DNA of 62,731 nucleotides, filler included, from Stramenopiles sp. TOSAG23-3 (Eukaryota): NCBI GenBank assembly GCA_900128585.1. It is 44 parts of 44 records of this genome, joined end to end, with 100 filler letters (N's around TTAATTAATTAA, not from the genome) between each part and the next. Parts side by side here need not be neighbours in the genome. Positions count along the whole stretch, not along the records: positions 35,822 to 37,146 come from LT646034.1; positions 37,247 to 38,571 come from LT646035.1; positions 38,672 to 39,996 come from LT646036.1; positions 40,097 to 41,420 come from LT646037.1; positions 41,521 to 42,843 come from LT646038.1; positions 42,944 to 44,266 come from LT646039.1; positions 44,367 to 45,689 come from LT646040.1; positions 45,790 to 47,112 come from LT646041.1; 36 more parts are not named here. One strand, 5' to 3'. Shown piece by piece: positions 36,436 to 48,686 of this stretch (position 1 is its first letter; each line of letters starts with the position of its first letter). The notes under the pieces were generated by a model. It saw only the letters and a program-made list of their open reading frames with translations, ran no database searches and was not told where the DNA came from. The position numbers and the translations under genes were made by a program.

Positions 36436-37246
36436 GGTCTTGTTTCACAACAGGTTTCAAAGAAACAAAAACAACCACCCAGCCACGACGTCAATAAAAA
36501 ACAGCTGATTTTTGCCTTTCGAAAGTGAGCGAGCGGCTGAATGAAGCGAGGAATAAATGGTTTGATCCGTACGAGTTGGAGTCTTCTAGTAAATGAACTC
36601 TATTTGTTAAAAAAAAAAACTGTCGGTGTCTGAGAATACACATACGTTGTATAAAAAGATGCACATCGAAATGATCGCCTGATTTATCATTTTAACCACT
36701 GAATGTCAAGAATTAATAGTTAGTTAATAGCAAGCTGCGGCTTCTGCGGCGCGTGTGCAGGTATAATATTATACGGCGGACGGGACGGTAGGTGTATTAA
36801 TATACCAGAAGAAAAAATAGGACAAATTTTATAATAATAAATGTATTATTATTTATTTTATTTTATTTTCAGTGGTGTGTCATAATCATCATTATAGTCG
36901 TCTAATCACTACTAAAAAAATATTATAAAAAAAGAAGAATAAAAAAGAAGAATAAAACGAAGAAGAAGAAGAAAGAAGAAAGAGAGAAGGAAGTGAGATG
37001 GTATTTTAATTAATAATACATGTAAATACCATTGTATTAAATAAGTAAGTACTAGACCCTACCTACCTACCAAACCCCCGGAAGCCCCGACCCCTCTGCC
37101 CCCATGCTACTCCTACGAACCCTCTCAACATTTAGAGTGGGGGGTGNNNNNNNNNNNNNNNNNNNNNNNNNNNNNNNNNNNNNNNNNNNNTTAATTAATT
37201 AANNNNNNNNNNNNNNNNNNNNNNNNNNNNNNNNNNNNNNNNNNNN

Positions 37247-38571
37247 GAGCCAAGCCAGAACGTCAGGATGCGCAAGCACATAATCGCAGCGAGCAAAAAG
37301 AAAGACAAAGTTCTTGGCAAGCTCGTCTTTAACATGCTCCAGCCCAAAGTAAATACAAGGTGGACATCCGCCAAACTGGTGGAGGAGCTGGAAAAAATTG
37401 GGCTGGAAGAAGTGAAAGGCCGCGTCGTCGATACTGGGTTTGCACCACAAGTATCTAAAGAGTGGATTGATCGTTTGCTCCAACGCCCTGTGAAATCATT
37501 TAAAGACGCCATCGCAGGAATCCCTGCATCGTTTGTATCTGGGCAAGACAGAGCTGTGAGGGAAGCAAACTCTAAGCCAGTTGACACGCGCAAAGGGTTA
37601 GAAGTCGATGAAATCTCCGCGATCCATTTGTACACTCAAAAATGCCTGCACGAAGAACTGAACAAAGCGTTGCGGAGCAACGATGATAAGAAACGGGAGC
37701 CATTTCTTGATTTTACCAGGCTGCTGTTGTCTGCACTGCAGAAATTGCCCAACGAACCAAAGGGGATGGTTTATCGTGTGGTAAATGACAAACTAAGCGA
37801 TGGCTACGGCAAAGGAAAAAGCTTTTGTTGGAGCGCATTCTCAAGCTGCGCGACTGAAGGGGGTGCTGCGATGGAGTTTGCCAATAAAAACAGGAAACCG
37901 TACACTGTGTTTAGTATCTGGGGCCATGGCAAACGCATCGCTGAGTTTTCAGCGTACGAAGGAGAAACGGAAGTGCTCCTTCCCATTTCTACAGAGTTTC
38001 GTGTTGCGGGACAAATTCCTATAGGGAAGATGACTATGGTACATTTGACAATCGTAGAGCCTGAAACTAAAAAACGGAAGCGTACAGAAAAGGCAAAAGG
38101 GGGAAGCAGTTCGTCGCAGGTCAAGAAGAAAAAGGCAAAGAAGCAAAAAAACACAGCAGCGAAGGGTGGAAGTTCTTCGGCTACCGAGACAGACAACGAG
38201 TCGGACAAACTGCACAGCGATCCCAATCACGCCGCGGGTATTGGCTGGGACGCCGTGGAAAAGGTCGTCGGGAAGGATAAGGCGGACCAGATGAAGCAAG
38301 GCGAGGGGTTCTCGGGATGGTTGGATCTTAGTTCCAAATCGATCACCGATGAAGGCTGCCGAACAATCGCTCCGGCCTTAAGAACAATGCCAAACTTGAA
38401 TACGCTTAATTTGGGTAACAACAATATAGGAGATGAAGGTCTTGCTGTGTTGAGTAATGCTGTTTCTGCTATGCGAATGCTGGATTATCTTGGTTTGTCT
38501 GGTAATAAGATTGGTAATGTTGGTTGTCAATGTCTTCTTGAGTTAGTTGAGAATGATTCGTTACAATCATT
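37247..38571 (+). CDS. Probable kinase C-lobe end + R-S-ExE mono-ADP-ribosyltransferase + RI-type LRR fusion, partial
   Basis: ART: AIHLYT, LNKALR, VYR, WSAFSSC, EGETEVLL. LRR: LNTLNLGNNNIGDEG. The N-terminal LVFNMLQPKVNTRWTSAKLVEEL resembles kinase subdomain XI. Confidence 0.85.
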
Positions 38572-38671
38572 NNNNNNNNNNNNNNNNNNNNNNNNNNNNN
38601 NNNNNNNNNNNNNNNTTAATTAATTAANNNNNNNNNNNNNNNNNNNNNNNNNNNNNNNNNNNNNNNNNNNN

Positions 38672-39996
38672 TCCGGCGTGCTTGTCCTGTTCTGCTTTTA
38701 TGTTCTTTGCATGATCGTCGTTCATTTTTTGAATGATCTTTTCGTGTGTGTCATTTATTTCTTCTATCTTTTTTTGTAACGTTATGGCACATCCGGCGTG
38801 CTTGGCCTGTTCTGCTTTTATTGTTTCTTTTTGTTTTTCACCTCTGTTTTTCAATAGTAACAAGTGAGCTGCCATCTTTGTCCGCAGCGAAATGCTTTTC
38901 TTGTACTTTGAAATCAATTTAGTGTATTCTTCTTTCATAATCTTGTCGTCAATGGAGTCGGGATTAATTACAGGCGGGATTGGGTCTGGCGGTGGCGCGG
39001 CTGGCACTTCGGCGGCTGGTTTTGGTGCTGATGCAACAACGGCTGGAACCAATGTCCCTGGGGGAAGTCTTGGAGACTCTTGGACAGCTTCAAAGATCTT
39101 GCCTCCACGTTCGCACTCTTTCGATTTGTTTTCTACCATATTTTGCACAGCCAAATGATTGAAGGCTGCAGTTGAACCGGTGCACAACAGGCTGGTGATT
39201 ATACCACTTGTCACACCAACAAAACCAAATGCACGCTGGGCGTAAAAAATCAAGACAAAAATCAATATTAGCAGGACGACGGAGTATACAACTTGCAGAG
39301 TGGCTTGAAAGCGAGACAGTCCAAACGCTCGAGACTTTTTGTCCCATTCTTCTCCAACAATTTCTGCCGTCAACATATCAGTGGACGAGAGGCTTTCATG
39401 CACCTCTTTCAACTTTTTAAATGCATCAATTGCGTGCTTCAGTTTGATTTTCTTTGGGTCTTTCTGCGGCTTCTTTACCTTGTCATGGAAATCGAGCAAA
39501 TGACCAGATAAGGCAATGATCTGTTTACCATTTATAAATGTACCTTTTAGCCCGTGTTTCTCGCAAATTTTGATAACCTCTGTGATGTCTTCTTTGGTTT
39601 CCTCCGGTTGCTTACCAAAATTTTCTTGTTTTCTTTTTTCTAATTGCTTCACTTCTAATAATAATCTCTCCTCCAATTCATCGGTGACTTCCTTAATTCT
39701 CAAACTGACCAGCTTCGTTGATGTCTCTGCTAGACTATGCAAAATCAAAGACGTATCAAGTGGAACGTCGTCGCAGTGAGATTTTAGTACAATATTAACA
39801 ATTCCGGATATATCGATCTTCGGTCCATCATCTATCATCACGTCCTTGCCATCCCATTTCCCCAATTTCCCCAATTTCGTTTCTTTATTGTCGGGTACAT
39901 CCCTAAATACAGCACTGACTTTAAGCATATCTTTGACCGCTTCCATGACTTTCTTCACATCAATGGATGAATTTTTCCCTTGCTCGACCATCTTCT
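38672..39996 (-). CDS. Hypothetical helical protein with a TM hairpin and coiled-coil tail, partial
   Basis: Open across the contig; two adjacent hydrophobic segments; IKAEQxKHAG repeats. Confidence 0.6.
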
Positions 39997-40401
39997 NNNN
40001 NNNNNNNNNNNNNNNNNNNNNNNNNNNNNNNNNNNNNNNNTTAATTAATTAANNNNNNNNNNNNNNNNNNNNNNNNNNNNNNNNNNNNNNNNNNNNTCTA
40101 ACAAATCGACTACGTATAATTAACAATACATTTTCAGAGAGTAGGTATTAATACTGCATTATTTTTGTATTTTCTTATGCCTTGTTTCTGCGTAATTTAT
40201 AGACACCATCTTTTCATGTTTGTCTACGATTACACGAGTGAGTGAAGATATTTAATTACAATGAATACTCTATATTTACTTGGCCAGACTCTCATTTTGT
40301 AACACTTCAGATAATATCCAAATAATAACAGCGTATATTTTGTTATGATAGTTCGTACACGCGTTTTACGAGTTGCAAACCTCTCTTTTAAAATTTTCTC
40401 T

Positions 40402-41420
40402 TCATATGTTTTTCTCCCTCTCTTCCGCCAAAGACTTTCTTAATTTAGCCATGGCGACATTCTGTTTCGCTATTTCCATCTGGAGGTTGTGAATGATGCC
40501 CGTAAACTTTTCTACCAATTCGTGCTCTCGTGTCTCCCATTCGCCGCATTCCATCTTATCACTGACATCGCTGCTTTTGCTATTGTTTTCTATCTCACGC
40601 GTGCGCGCATTGCTAATGTTGCACATTTTTATCTCTAGGGCAAGAATTCGCTTCCGGAGAGCGTCGTTCTGTTTCTTCAAGGTTGTCGTTCCACCCGGCG
40701 CGGGGCTTTCTTTGCTTGCTGGTTCGGAGAAAAATCCAGCGTTGGCGTTTCTGCTGGACGCCAACGGCGTCGACATGGCAAGAAGAAGGGTTTTTTGAGT
40801 ATTTTCTATGTCTTCGTCGCTCGGGTTTAGCAGACCTAACTGTGTTGTCAATAAAGTTTTGTGTATTCCCACCGGATCCAGCAGGCCTACTTGTTCCACG
40901 CTAGCCTCCGGTTCATTTTCTACCGGTTCCTCTTCGGGCTCGGGCTCGTCCTTCACCAGCCCGTGCACTTCGTTCACCTGCGCACAGTTCCGAACTTGCA
41001 TGGCCCGGCGCGCCAAAAGCATCGACGCGTACGTCTCTTCGTAGTTGGCCGCTGCGGGGCCTATGTTGACGCACAGGCATGTTCGTGTATTCCCCCCCAG
41101 GGAGTCTGTCAGCAACCGGGTAAGCTGACTGTTTCGGAACGGGATGTGCCGCTTGTTGTTCCCAGTCCCGTGGGCTTCCGCGAGGGCAGATATGCAATTG
41201 CCTAGCGCAGAAATGGACTTGTTGATTTTTCGTGCTTCTTGAAGCCGCTGGCCTTTTGACCTGGACTTTGCTACCCGTTCGCTTCCCGCCAAATCAACGA
41301 TGGTCAGCGTGGAAAATTTTGTTTTAATGACCTTTTCGTTTTCGTTAAGGCAGGCGTCGTTTTCTACATGGTCAGCGGGCGTGGACTGCTCCAGGTGGAG
41401 CTGTAAGACCGCGTGGCTCC
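40402..41420 (-). CDS. Kinesin motor domain (C-terminal half) plus tail, 5' partial
   Basis: SHAV, VDLAGSER, INKSISALG and HIPFRNSQLTRLLTDSLGGN. Confidence 0.95.
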
Positions 41421-41731
41421 NNNNNNNNNNNNNNNNNNNNNNNNNNNNNNNNNNNNNNNNNNNNTTAATTAATTAANNNNNNNNNNNNNNNNNNNNNNNN
41501 NNNNNNNNNNNNNNNNNNNNATTTATTAATATTACTATTTCAAATTTCTTTAAAACGAATCAGAATCAAATACTTCCAACGGGGACTTGTTCGCACAGTA
41601 GTCGGGGATAAAGTTTAGCATAGATACACCCAACGGGCGTCAAATGGCAAAGTGCTCATTCCCTTGAAAAAGGTGATTTTAACCCATTTTAGCAAGTCAT
41701 TCGTCGTAACATATTCTTTATCAATAAAAAA

Positions 41732-41848
41732 AAGAAAATTGGCGGTTATTTAATTAATTAAAATTAATGTACTACGAACTGAATTCTACTGGTGTGATTT
41801 TAGTTATCAATGTACTGCGAACTGAACTCTACTGGTGTGATTTTAGTT
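41732..41848 (+). repeat. Dispersed repeat copy with an internal 43-bp tandem duplication
   Basis: AAGAAAATTGGCGGTTATTT, then two copies of AATGTACTRCGAACTGAAYTCTACTGGTGTGATTTTAGT. Confidence 0.8.
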
Positions 41849-42034
41849 TCTTTATCAATAGCATATATTAGTAAACGCAAGTGTTAAAACTCTTATATAC
41901 ATAAAGAGTTTTAGTTATTTAACTTGTTCGTACTGGTTTTGTTCATCGTCTTTAGCTTTCGATCGGGCTCCCCCCCGGGCGCTGACCCTGGGGCGGAGAG
42001 CCCTTGTCTCGTACGCGCCGCGTACCGGAACCCA

Positions 42035-42757
42035 ATGGGCCAACGCGCCAACAACTCCCCTCTTCGCACCCAAGATTACTGGAGGAAGAAGAACGCAATA
42101 GCCCCGTTCAACACGGGGCCAGTGCCTTTACTGGATGGAACAAAGCAACATGGCGAGCCCACAAAACTCCCCAGCGACCCAAGGAGCCGCGAGGACACGG
42201 CAAATGGCGTCGGTTGCTTGATCCAGAACGGGCAAACTGCAGCAAGCGTATCGGGGTCCGACCCCTCCCCAGAGTCAACTGGGAAAGAGCAGCCAGCTCA
42301 TGCCGGCATCGGATCCCGTCCAAGAGAAGAAAAATCTACACGGGCACATGAAAAGGACGACTTTTGCGGCCAAAAAAGCCAAAAATTCGCCTTCAATAAT
42401 TCTAAATCATCGCCGTTATTTATACATACAGGCACAAAGCATAGAGGAAAAATCAAATTCAACGGAACGACATTTTGTCGCTACCTGATTGTGATTTTGT
42501 CTTCCCTGTTGGATGGATATGGCTGTATGAATACAAAATATATCGAGGAGAGCGATGATGCAAATAAATACGAATACGCCCTGAAGTGGAAAATCCATGA
42601 TACTCTCAGTAGACTTGGATCTTTAGAAGATACATTTACACAGGTTTATGTATACGACTTGAAAGAAATTCATCATTATGATCATCGTAATACGTTTTGG
42701 GATAGATCCAGATATCTAAACAACACTAGTCGCTGCCTCAAACAATTTTATGATTAG
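42035..42757 (+). CDS. Hypothetical protein, possibly mobile-element derived
   Basis: 240-aa ORF with no recognised domain; its 3' part is duplicated (42567-42639 and 42769-42841). Confidence 0.3.
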   Translation: MGQRANNSPLRTQDYWRKKNAIAPFNTGPVPLLDGTKQHGEPTKLPSDPRSREDTANGVGCLIQNGQTAASVSGSDPSPESTGKEQPAHAGIGSRPREEKSTRAHEKDDFCGQKSQKFAFNNSKSSPLFIHTGTKHRGKIKFNGTTFCRYLIVILSSLLDGYGCMNTKYIEESDDANKYEYALKWKIHDTLSRLGSLEDTFTQVYVYDLKEIHHYDHRNTFWDRSRYLNNTSRCLKQFYD

Positions 42758-42943
42758 TTTGAATGATGAATACGAATACGCCCTGAAGTGGAAAATCCAT
42801 GATACTCTTAGTAGACTTGGATCTTTAGAAGATACATTTACGCNNNNNNNNNNNNNNNNNNNNNNNNNNNNNNNNNNNNNNNNNNNNTTAATTAATTAAN
42901 NNNNNNNNNNNNNNNNNNNNNNNNNNNNNNNNNNNNNNNNNNN

Positions 42944-44266
42944 TTTAAATTTGTTTTTTCCTTAAGGTTGAGTGCAAAGCTGTCTTCGTCTATGTTGTTC
43001 ATATCCGTCTTGATCGTATTCATATCTATCTGGCTAGTAGTCATATTTAACAGCTTCTTGCGTGGGTACTTTTCCTCGCTCGGGTACTTTTCCCTCAATT
43101 TGTTCATCTGGTACCGTTCCTCTGTTATAAAAACGTGGGCAGCATCCCGTAAAAGTTGAAACATGCCATCTAAGGAACGAGCAAAATAGTTTGAATGCAG
43201 AGTATCCATGAAATTCTTGTATATTTTTGTCGCTTTGGCTTGGTCGTTGTATTGAATTCCAAATGCCATGTAAAATATTATTTGTACCACGTGCTTCGCC
43301 ACACCCGAAAGAGCAGTGCCCATAGTGGGTAGGCTTAATTCACTCCCATCCGCTTTTTTTTTGAACGCAACCACTTCCTTTGCATTTCGCACTTTGGACC
43401 ACGTAGTCTTATCTTTGGCGTTATATTTTATGAACACCCCCAAGTACTCAGAGGACTGTATGTTGCAAGGTTTATCTTCCACCGTTGTGCAGTGTCGAAG
43501 TTTCTGATGCAATTGAAAAAAGTGGAAAAGAAGCGGTGAGATTGTCGTGTCTGCCATCCGTTCGAAGAATTTTCCTAGTAACTCAACATTTGTACCCCCC
43601 GAACCCGAATCGCGTGAACCAACGCCGCATAAGTCTGGATGAAGCTGGTCCGGTGTTGAATGGTAAAACAAATTCAAAATTTCTTTGACATGCCAGAGGG
43701 CTTCTCCTAACACTGCGCCTTTGTTTTTATCTATTTTGCCATTCTTCACCTTCTCTTTTGTTTTTTTTATAATGCCACGGAGTTCTTGGTCAACGTTTTC
43801 GACTTCCCGCTTAAACTCGTTTCTGTTAATAAGGTCCTTTTTATTTAGGTCCTTCCCTTTTCTTGGGTCCCCCTCGTCATCAAGCCGTGCAAAAAATGTA
43901 CGGAAATCAAACATGATATCGCTTAAGTGCTGTAGGGCCGCAACAAAGCAGCTATTCCCTAACAAATCGCTGACCCATTGGAGGGGCTTGTTTGACCCAT
44001 CACACAAGTCTTTGAAAGTATCTAGATTGACCTTCTTGTTCAATGACGCTTCCACATTCTTTTCTAATTTGGGAATGTGGTGCTTTAGAACCTTTTCCAT
44101 TATTCCCTTTGCCATTTCCCCAAGCTTCCCCTCCCCTACAAATTCCGCGGCACGTCCGCACACGCCATCTTTACCGAAGTTAAGATCCACTCTTAGTTTC
44201 GAAAAGTCAATATTCTTCAGTGCCTTTACATCAATAACGGTCGTTGCGTCCTTGGTAAACTCAATG
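42944..44266 (-). CDS. Hypothetical large helical protein, internal fragment
   Basis: Open frame across the contig; no recognised motif. Confidence 0.6.
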
Positions 44267-44366
44267 NNNNNNNNNNNNNNNNNNNNNNNNNNNNNNNNNN
44301 NNNNNNNNNNTTAATTAATTAANNNNNNNNNNNNNNNNNNNNNNNNNNNNNNNNNNNNNNNNNNNN

Positions 44367-44919
44367 AAAGAAGCAAGAGGAGGAAGCTGCTGCTGCCGCC
44401 GCCGCCGCTGCTGCGGCCTTGAAAAAGAAGCAAGAGGAGGAAGCTGCCGCTGCCGCCGCCGCCGCTGCTGCGGCCTTGAAAAAGAAGCAAGAGGAGGAAG
44501 CTGCTGCCGCCGCCGCCGCCGCCGCTGCAGCCTTGAAAAAGAAGCAAGAGGAGGAAACTGCTGCTGCTGCTGCCGCCGCCGCTGCGGCCTTGAAAAAGAA
44601 GCAAGAGGAGGAAGCCGCCGCCGCCGCCGCGTTACAGAAAAAGCAGGAGGACGAAGCTGCTGCCCTAGAGAAGAAGAAGCAGGAAGAAGCAGAGAAAGCG
44701 GCGACCAAAACTGATGCTGATAGTGCGGCCACGGAAGAGTCCACCACGAAGACAGAGGCGGAAGAAAACAAAGGAGAAGAACCTGCGGCCCCCTCAACTG
44801 CCCCAAAAGATAAGGCAGCCCCCCCAGCAGCCAACGCCGACGGTGGCCAGGCTACCGGAAAAAAGAAGCGAAAGAAGAAGAAGAAGAAGAAGCGTTCGGG
44901 TTCTGCAGGCGCGCAATAA
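44367..44919 (+). CDS. Protein C-terminus with 19-aa LKKKQEEE(A)11 repeats and a poly-Lys tail, 5' partial
   Basis: 57-nt in-frame tandem repeats; ends KKKRKKKKKKKRSGSAGAQ*. Confidence 0.7.
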
Positions 44920-45120
44920 ATGTGGAAGTGTTGTGGGGCGACCGAGACCAACTCCAAATGTTTTTTTCTTAATTTGCTAAAGTCCAAATTACTTTTGGTA
45001 TTGTCGCATTTTCTTATTCTGTAGTGCGAAGCAGGTATGAAAAATTGTACGTACGCGATTAGTACAGATGTGATATCTTACCTTATATTCTATTATGATA
45101 CTATGATAGTAAATTAAAAG

Positions 45121-45429
45121 CAAGAAAATTGGCTGTTATTTATTAAGTAATTAAAATTTAATGTACTGCGAACTGAACTCATATGAATAGTATCATATGA
45201 TTTATGATAATTGATTTTAAAAAATTGGCTGTTATTTTAAAAAAAACAAATTATATAGTATGTTTTTTTAAGTCTCTCATTTTAAATCAATTAATATTTC
45301 GGTTCCAACTGGCTGTTATGTTATTTATAAAACAAGAAAATTGGCTGTTATTTTTTTAAGTTATGATAATTAAAAAATTAATGTACTGCGACGAACTGAA
45401 CTCTACTGGTGTGATTTTCAGTAATCAAT
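45121..45429 (+). repeat. Cluster of dispersed-repeat copies
   Basis: Copies at 45121-45180, 45221-45240 and 45331-45429. Confidence 0.8.
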
Positions 45430-45789
45430 ATACCCTCTTGTCACTTAGTCTTGACTATCATTCTCAGATGTACTCCATGCATGATCCGAATCCGAATCGG
45501 TGTCTTTAATTTACGATATAAATGTACTTAAATACCAGCCAGCAAATTTTTTGTTTTAAATTTATGACAACCATTTTTTTATGCTTTCCTTTTCCACGCT
45601 TCGTGCACGCTGCAAACTTGGGGAACCAGCAATTCGTCGAAATCAGCGATGGCATCCAGCAGGCATTTCTATGTGGCCTCGAAGGGTGCNNNNNNNNNNN
45701 NNNNNNNNNNNNNNNNNNNNNNNNNNNNNNNNNTTAATTAATTAANNNNNNNNNNNNNNNNNNNNNNNNNNNNNNNNNNNNNNNNNNNN

Positions 45790-47112
45790 CATTTCTCGGG
45801 CCATGGAAGAAAATTTGAAAAGACAAATGCATACCGAAACTGAGGCGACAGCGCAAAGGTGCGAATCAATCATATCGAAGTACCGTGCTGTCGCCGAGGA
45901 CTTGACGCTTCGGGTCGCAACGCTGGAAGCGGAGCTGAAAATCCAAAAACAAAGGAACAAAGACAACGTCGAGGAGCTGTCAAAGCATTTGCAAGAAGAT
46001 GGCGCCGAGGAACTGAAGCAAATGTTTATTGACAGCACTGCCCCCGAAAGGTTAGATTCTATAGTTACATCAATAACAAACATGTCGTCTCCCATTATTG
46101 CGGCACACGCAGCCTTGAGAAAAAGGCCGACCCGGAAAGCCCCGTCTCTGTCCCCTGCCTCAGAACAGAAGGTAGCAAAAAACACACCGCGGGAAGTAAC
46201 GAAGCACACTGACAAGAAAACGGTGGAAACCAAGCAAGAAACGCACACCGTCAAGAAAACGGTGGAAACCGAGCAAGAAACGAACGAGCAAACAGAAGAC
46301 AACGCGAAAGATTCTTTAGGCGACGATATGGAGAAGTATCTTACCAGAAAAATTTGGAAGGTGTACGATCCGTATATGAGCGGGTTCATTAGTGCTTCAA
46401 AATTCAAATTTATGCTAGAAGATTTTACCCATCATACCATTAGCACGGCGGATTGTCAAAACATTCTAAACAGTTTAGATAAGAATAACGATGGTATGAT
46501 TGGAAAGGACGAACTTTCCGTCTTCATTCACGATGGAATATTGATGAACGGGGACGAACGAGAAGAATATGGAAATAAAAGCTCGTTGCACAAGGTCATT
46601 GTTGAGTTTTTTGAGGGGTTTGACATTGAGTGCCAGGCCCACGCGACACGTTCGAAAGAAGAGCTGGAACTACACAATAGAATGGCAGCCAAAGCAGCCG
46701 AGCGGGGTGCACAACACGAAAGGGAGCTGCAGAAACAATTAGACGAGGAAAAGAGAGCCAAGGAATTGCACGATAATATGTCGCAAGGAGCAGCTGAGCG
46801 AGGTGCTAAGCACGAGAAATGGTTGTCTCAGAAATTGGAGGAAGAACGAAATGCAAGGCTCTTGCACGATGCGACCGCCAAAACGGCGGCAGAACAGGGG
46901 GCGCAACACGAGAAAGCGTTGATTCACAAAATGGAGGAAGAGAGAAACGCTCGCCTTGTCCACGACGCGACCGCAAAAACTGCTGCTGCACAAGGGGCGC
47001 AACACGAGGCAGCGTTGTTTCAGAAAATGGAGAAAGAGCGAAATGCAAGGCTCTTGCACGATGCAATGTCCAAAACGGCGGCCGAGCATGGGGCGCAGCA
47101 CGAGGCAGCGTT
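45790..47112 (+). CDS. EF-hand pair protein with 32-aa helical repeats, partial
   Basis: DPYMSGFISASKF and DKNNDGMIGKDE loops; repeat DATAKTAAEQGAQHEKALIHKMEEERNARLVH. Confidence 0.8.
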
Positions 47113-47212
47113 NNNNNNNNNNNNNNNNNNNNNNNNNNNNNNNNNNNNNNNNNNNNTTAATTAATTAANNNNNNNNNNNNNNNNNNNNNNNNNNNNNNNN
47201 NNNNNNNNNNNN

Positions 47213-48291
47213 AGCAGAATATTTGAGCGATCGTTCCCATCTAATGCAGCAAGTTTTCTTTGCGCAGCGCGAGCAAATGATGTTAACCGTGCAGCATCAT
47301 CCAAGGCAAAGTCTGGAACATTCGGCGAGTCGGGTAAAACAGTTTTTTGGCGATATGTCACCAGAGTTCCAATATTTTTCCGCTCCGCTGCCTTCAAAAT
47401 GCAATTTTGCTGGGCCCCATTAACGATAACTACCTGGTCAACCCCCTTGTCTAACGCAGAAACAGCAGCATCAATTTTAGCATGCATTCCACCACGACCT
47501 TGGGCAGACTTTTTGCCGATGACAATGCCACCTTCCGCTTCCTTGACGCCGTCACCGTGTTCTTTCGCCGACAGCCAGGTCTGGGGCCGCAGAACATCCA
47601 CGAGTTTTGCGTTTGGCTGAGAAGGGGGGCGGTCATAGACCCCATCGACATCGGTCAGTATTATCAACAACTCGGCACCAACATTAGCAGCAACGAGGGC
47701 TGCCAAGGAATCATTGTCAGAAAAAATACCTGGTTCGGTGTAACCTTGATTGGCAGAAATCGCATCGTTCTCGTTAATTATGGGAATCATTCCTGCACGC
47801 AGAAGAGTCTCCATCGAGTGCCTCATGTTTTCCACCCGTATAGGATTGGAGAAATCGTCTCGTGTTACTAAGATTTGCGAAGGAGAAACATTGTGCGCAG
47901 AAAACAGAGTGTCGTACAGCCCCATCAACGCCATTTGTCCAGCAGCAGCGCATGCGGCCTGGTGTTGACGCCGCGCTCTTTGGACATCTTCAGGGGTTTG
48001 AATTTTAGCGGCCTCAAAGTCTTGCTGGAGTAGGACTGTCCTCATAGACGCGGACAATAAGTTCTGCATTTGCAATTTTTTCTTCCCACAACCTATTGCA
48101 CCACTTGAAACCAAGAGAACTTCTTTCCCACTTTGCATCAGTTCTGCACACTGTTCAACGATAGCCGCAATCCTGGACAACGCGGGAAGCCCCTGGGAAG
48201 TCGAAACAATTGAAGTCCCACATTTGACGACAACACGCTTAGCGATTGTCATTAGAACGGCCCGGTCATCCGTTCGTGTTGGGCTCAACAT
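47213..48291 (-). CDS. P5CS: Delta-1-pyrroline-5-carboxylate synthase (glutamate 5-kinase domain plus start of the GPR domain), 3' partial
   Basis: VVVKCGTS, VSSGAI, AAAGQ, INENDA, DNDSLAA, TDVDG and GRGGMHAK, continuing into ARAAQRKLAAL...RSNIL. Confidence 0.92.
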
Positions 48292-48686
48292 AATTCAAAA
48301 AACTATTTTACAAGTCGGTGAGTCCAAAATAATTCAATGCTTTAAATTTTCGAGCAATTATTTTCTTCGTTTCACCGTGGATTCCTCTGTTTCCGTCTTC
48401 TGAATCAGAATTCGATCTTTTATTGCTACTTGTTTTCTTCTTTTGTTTGCTTATTAATTTGTTTTATATTTCAATTATATTTATAAAAAATAAATAAAAA
48501 AATATAAAATAATAATAATATATAAAAAAATATCNNNNNNNNNNNNNNNNNNNNNNNNNNNNNNNNNNNNNNNNNNNNTTAATTAATTAANNNNNNNNNN
48601 NNNNNNNNNNNNNNNNNNNNNNNNNNNNNNNNNNGACTGCAAAATATGTGCTCCTGATTCTATCTCCTCGTTAAAAGCAGCAACCA

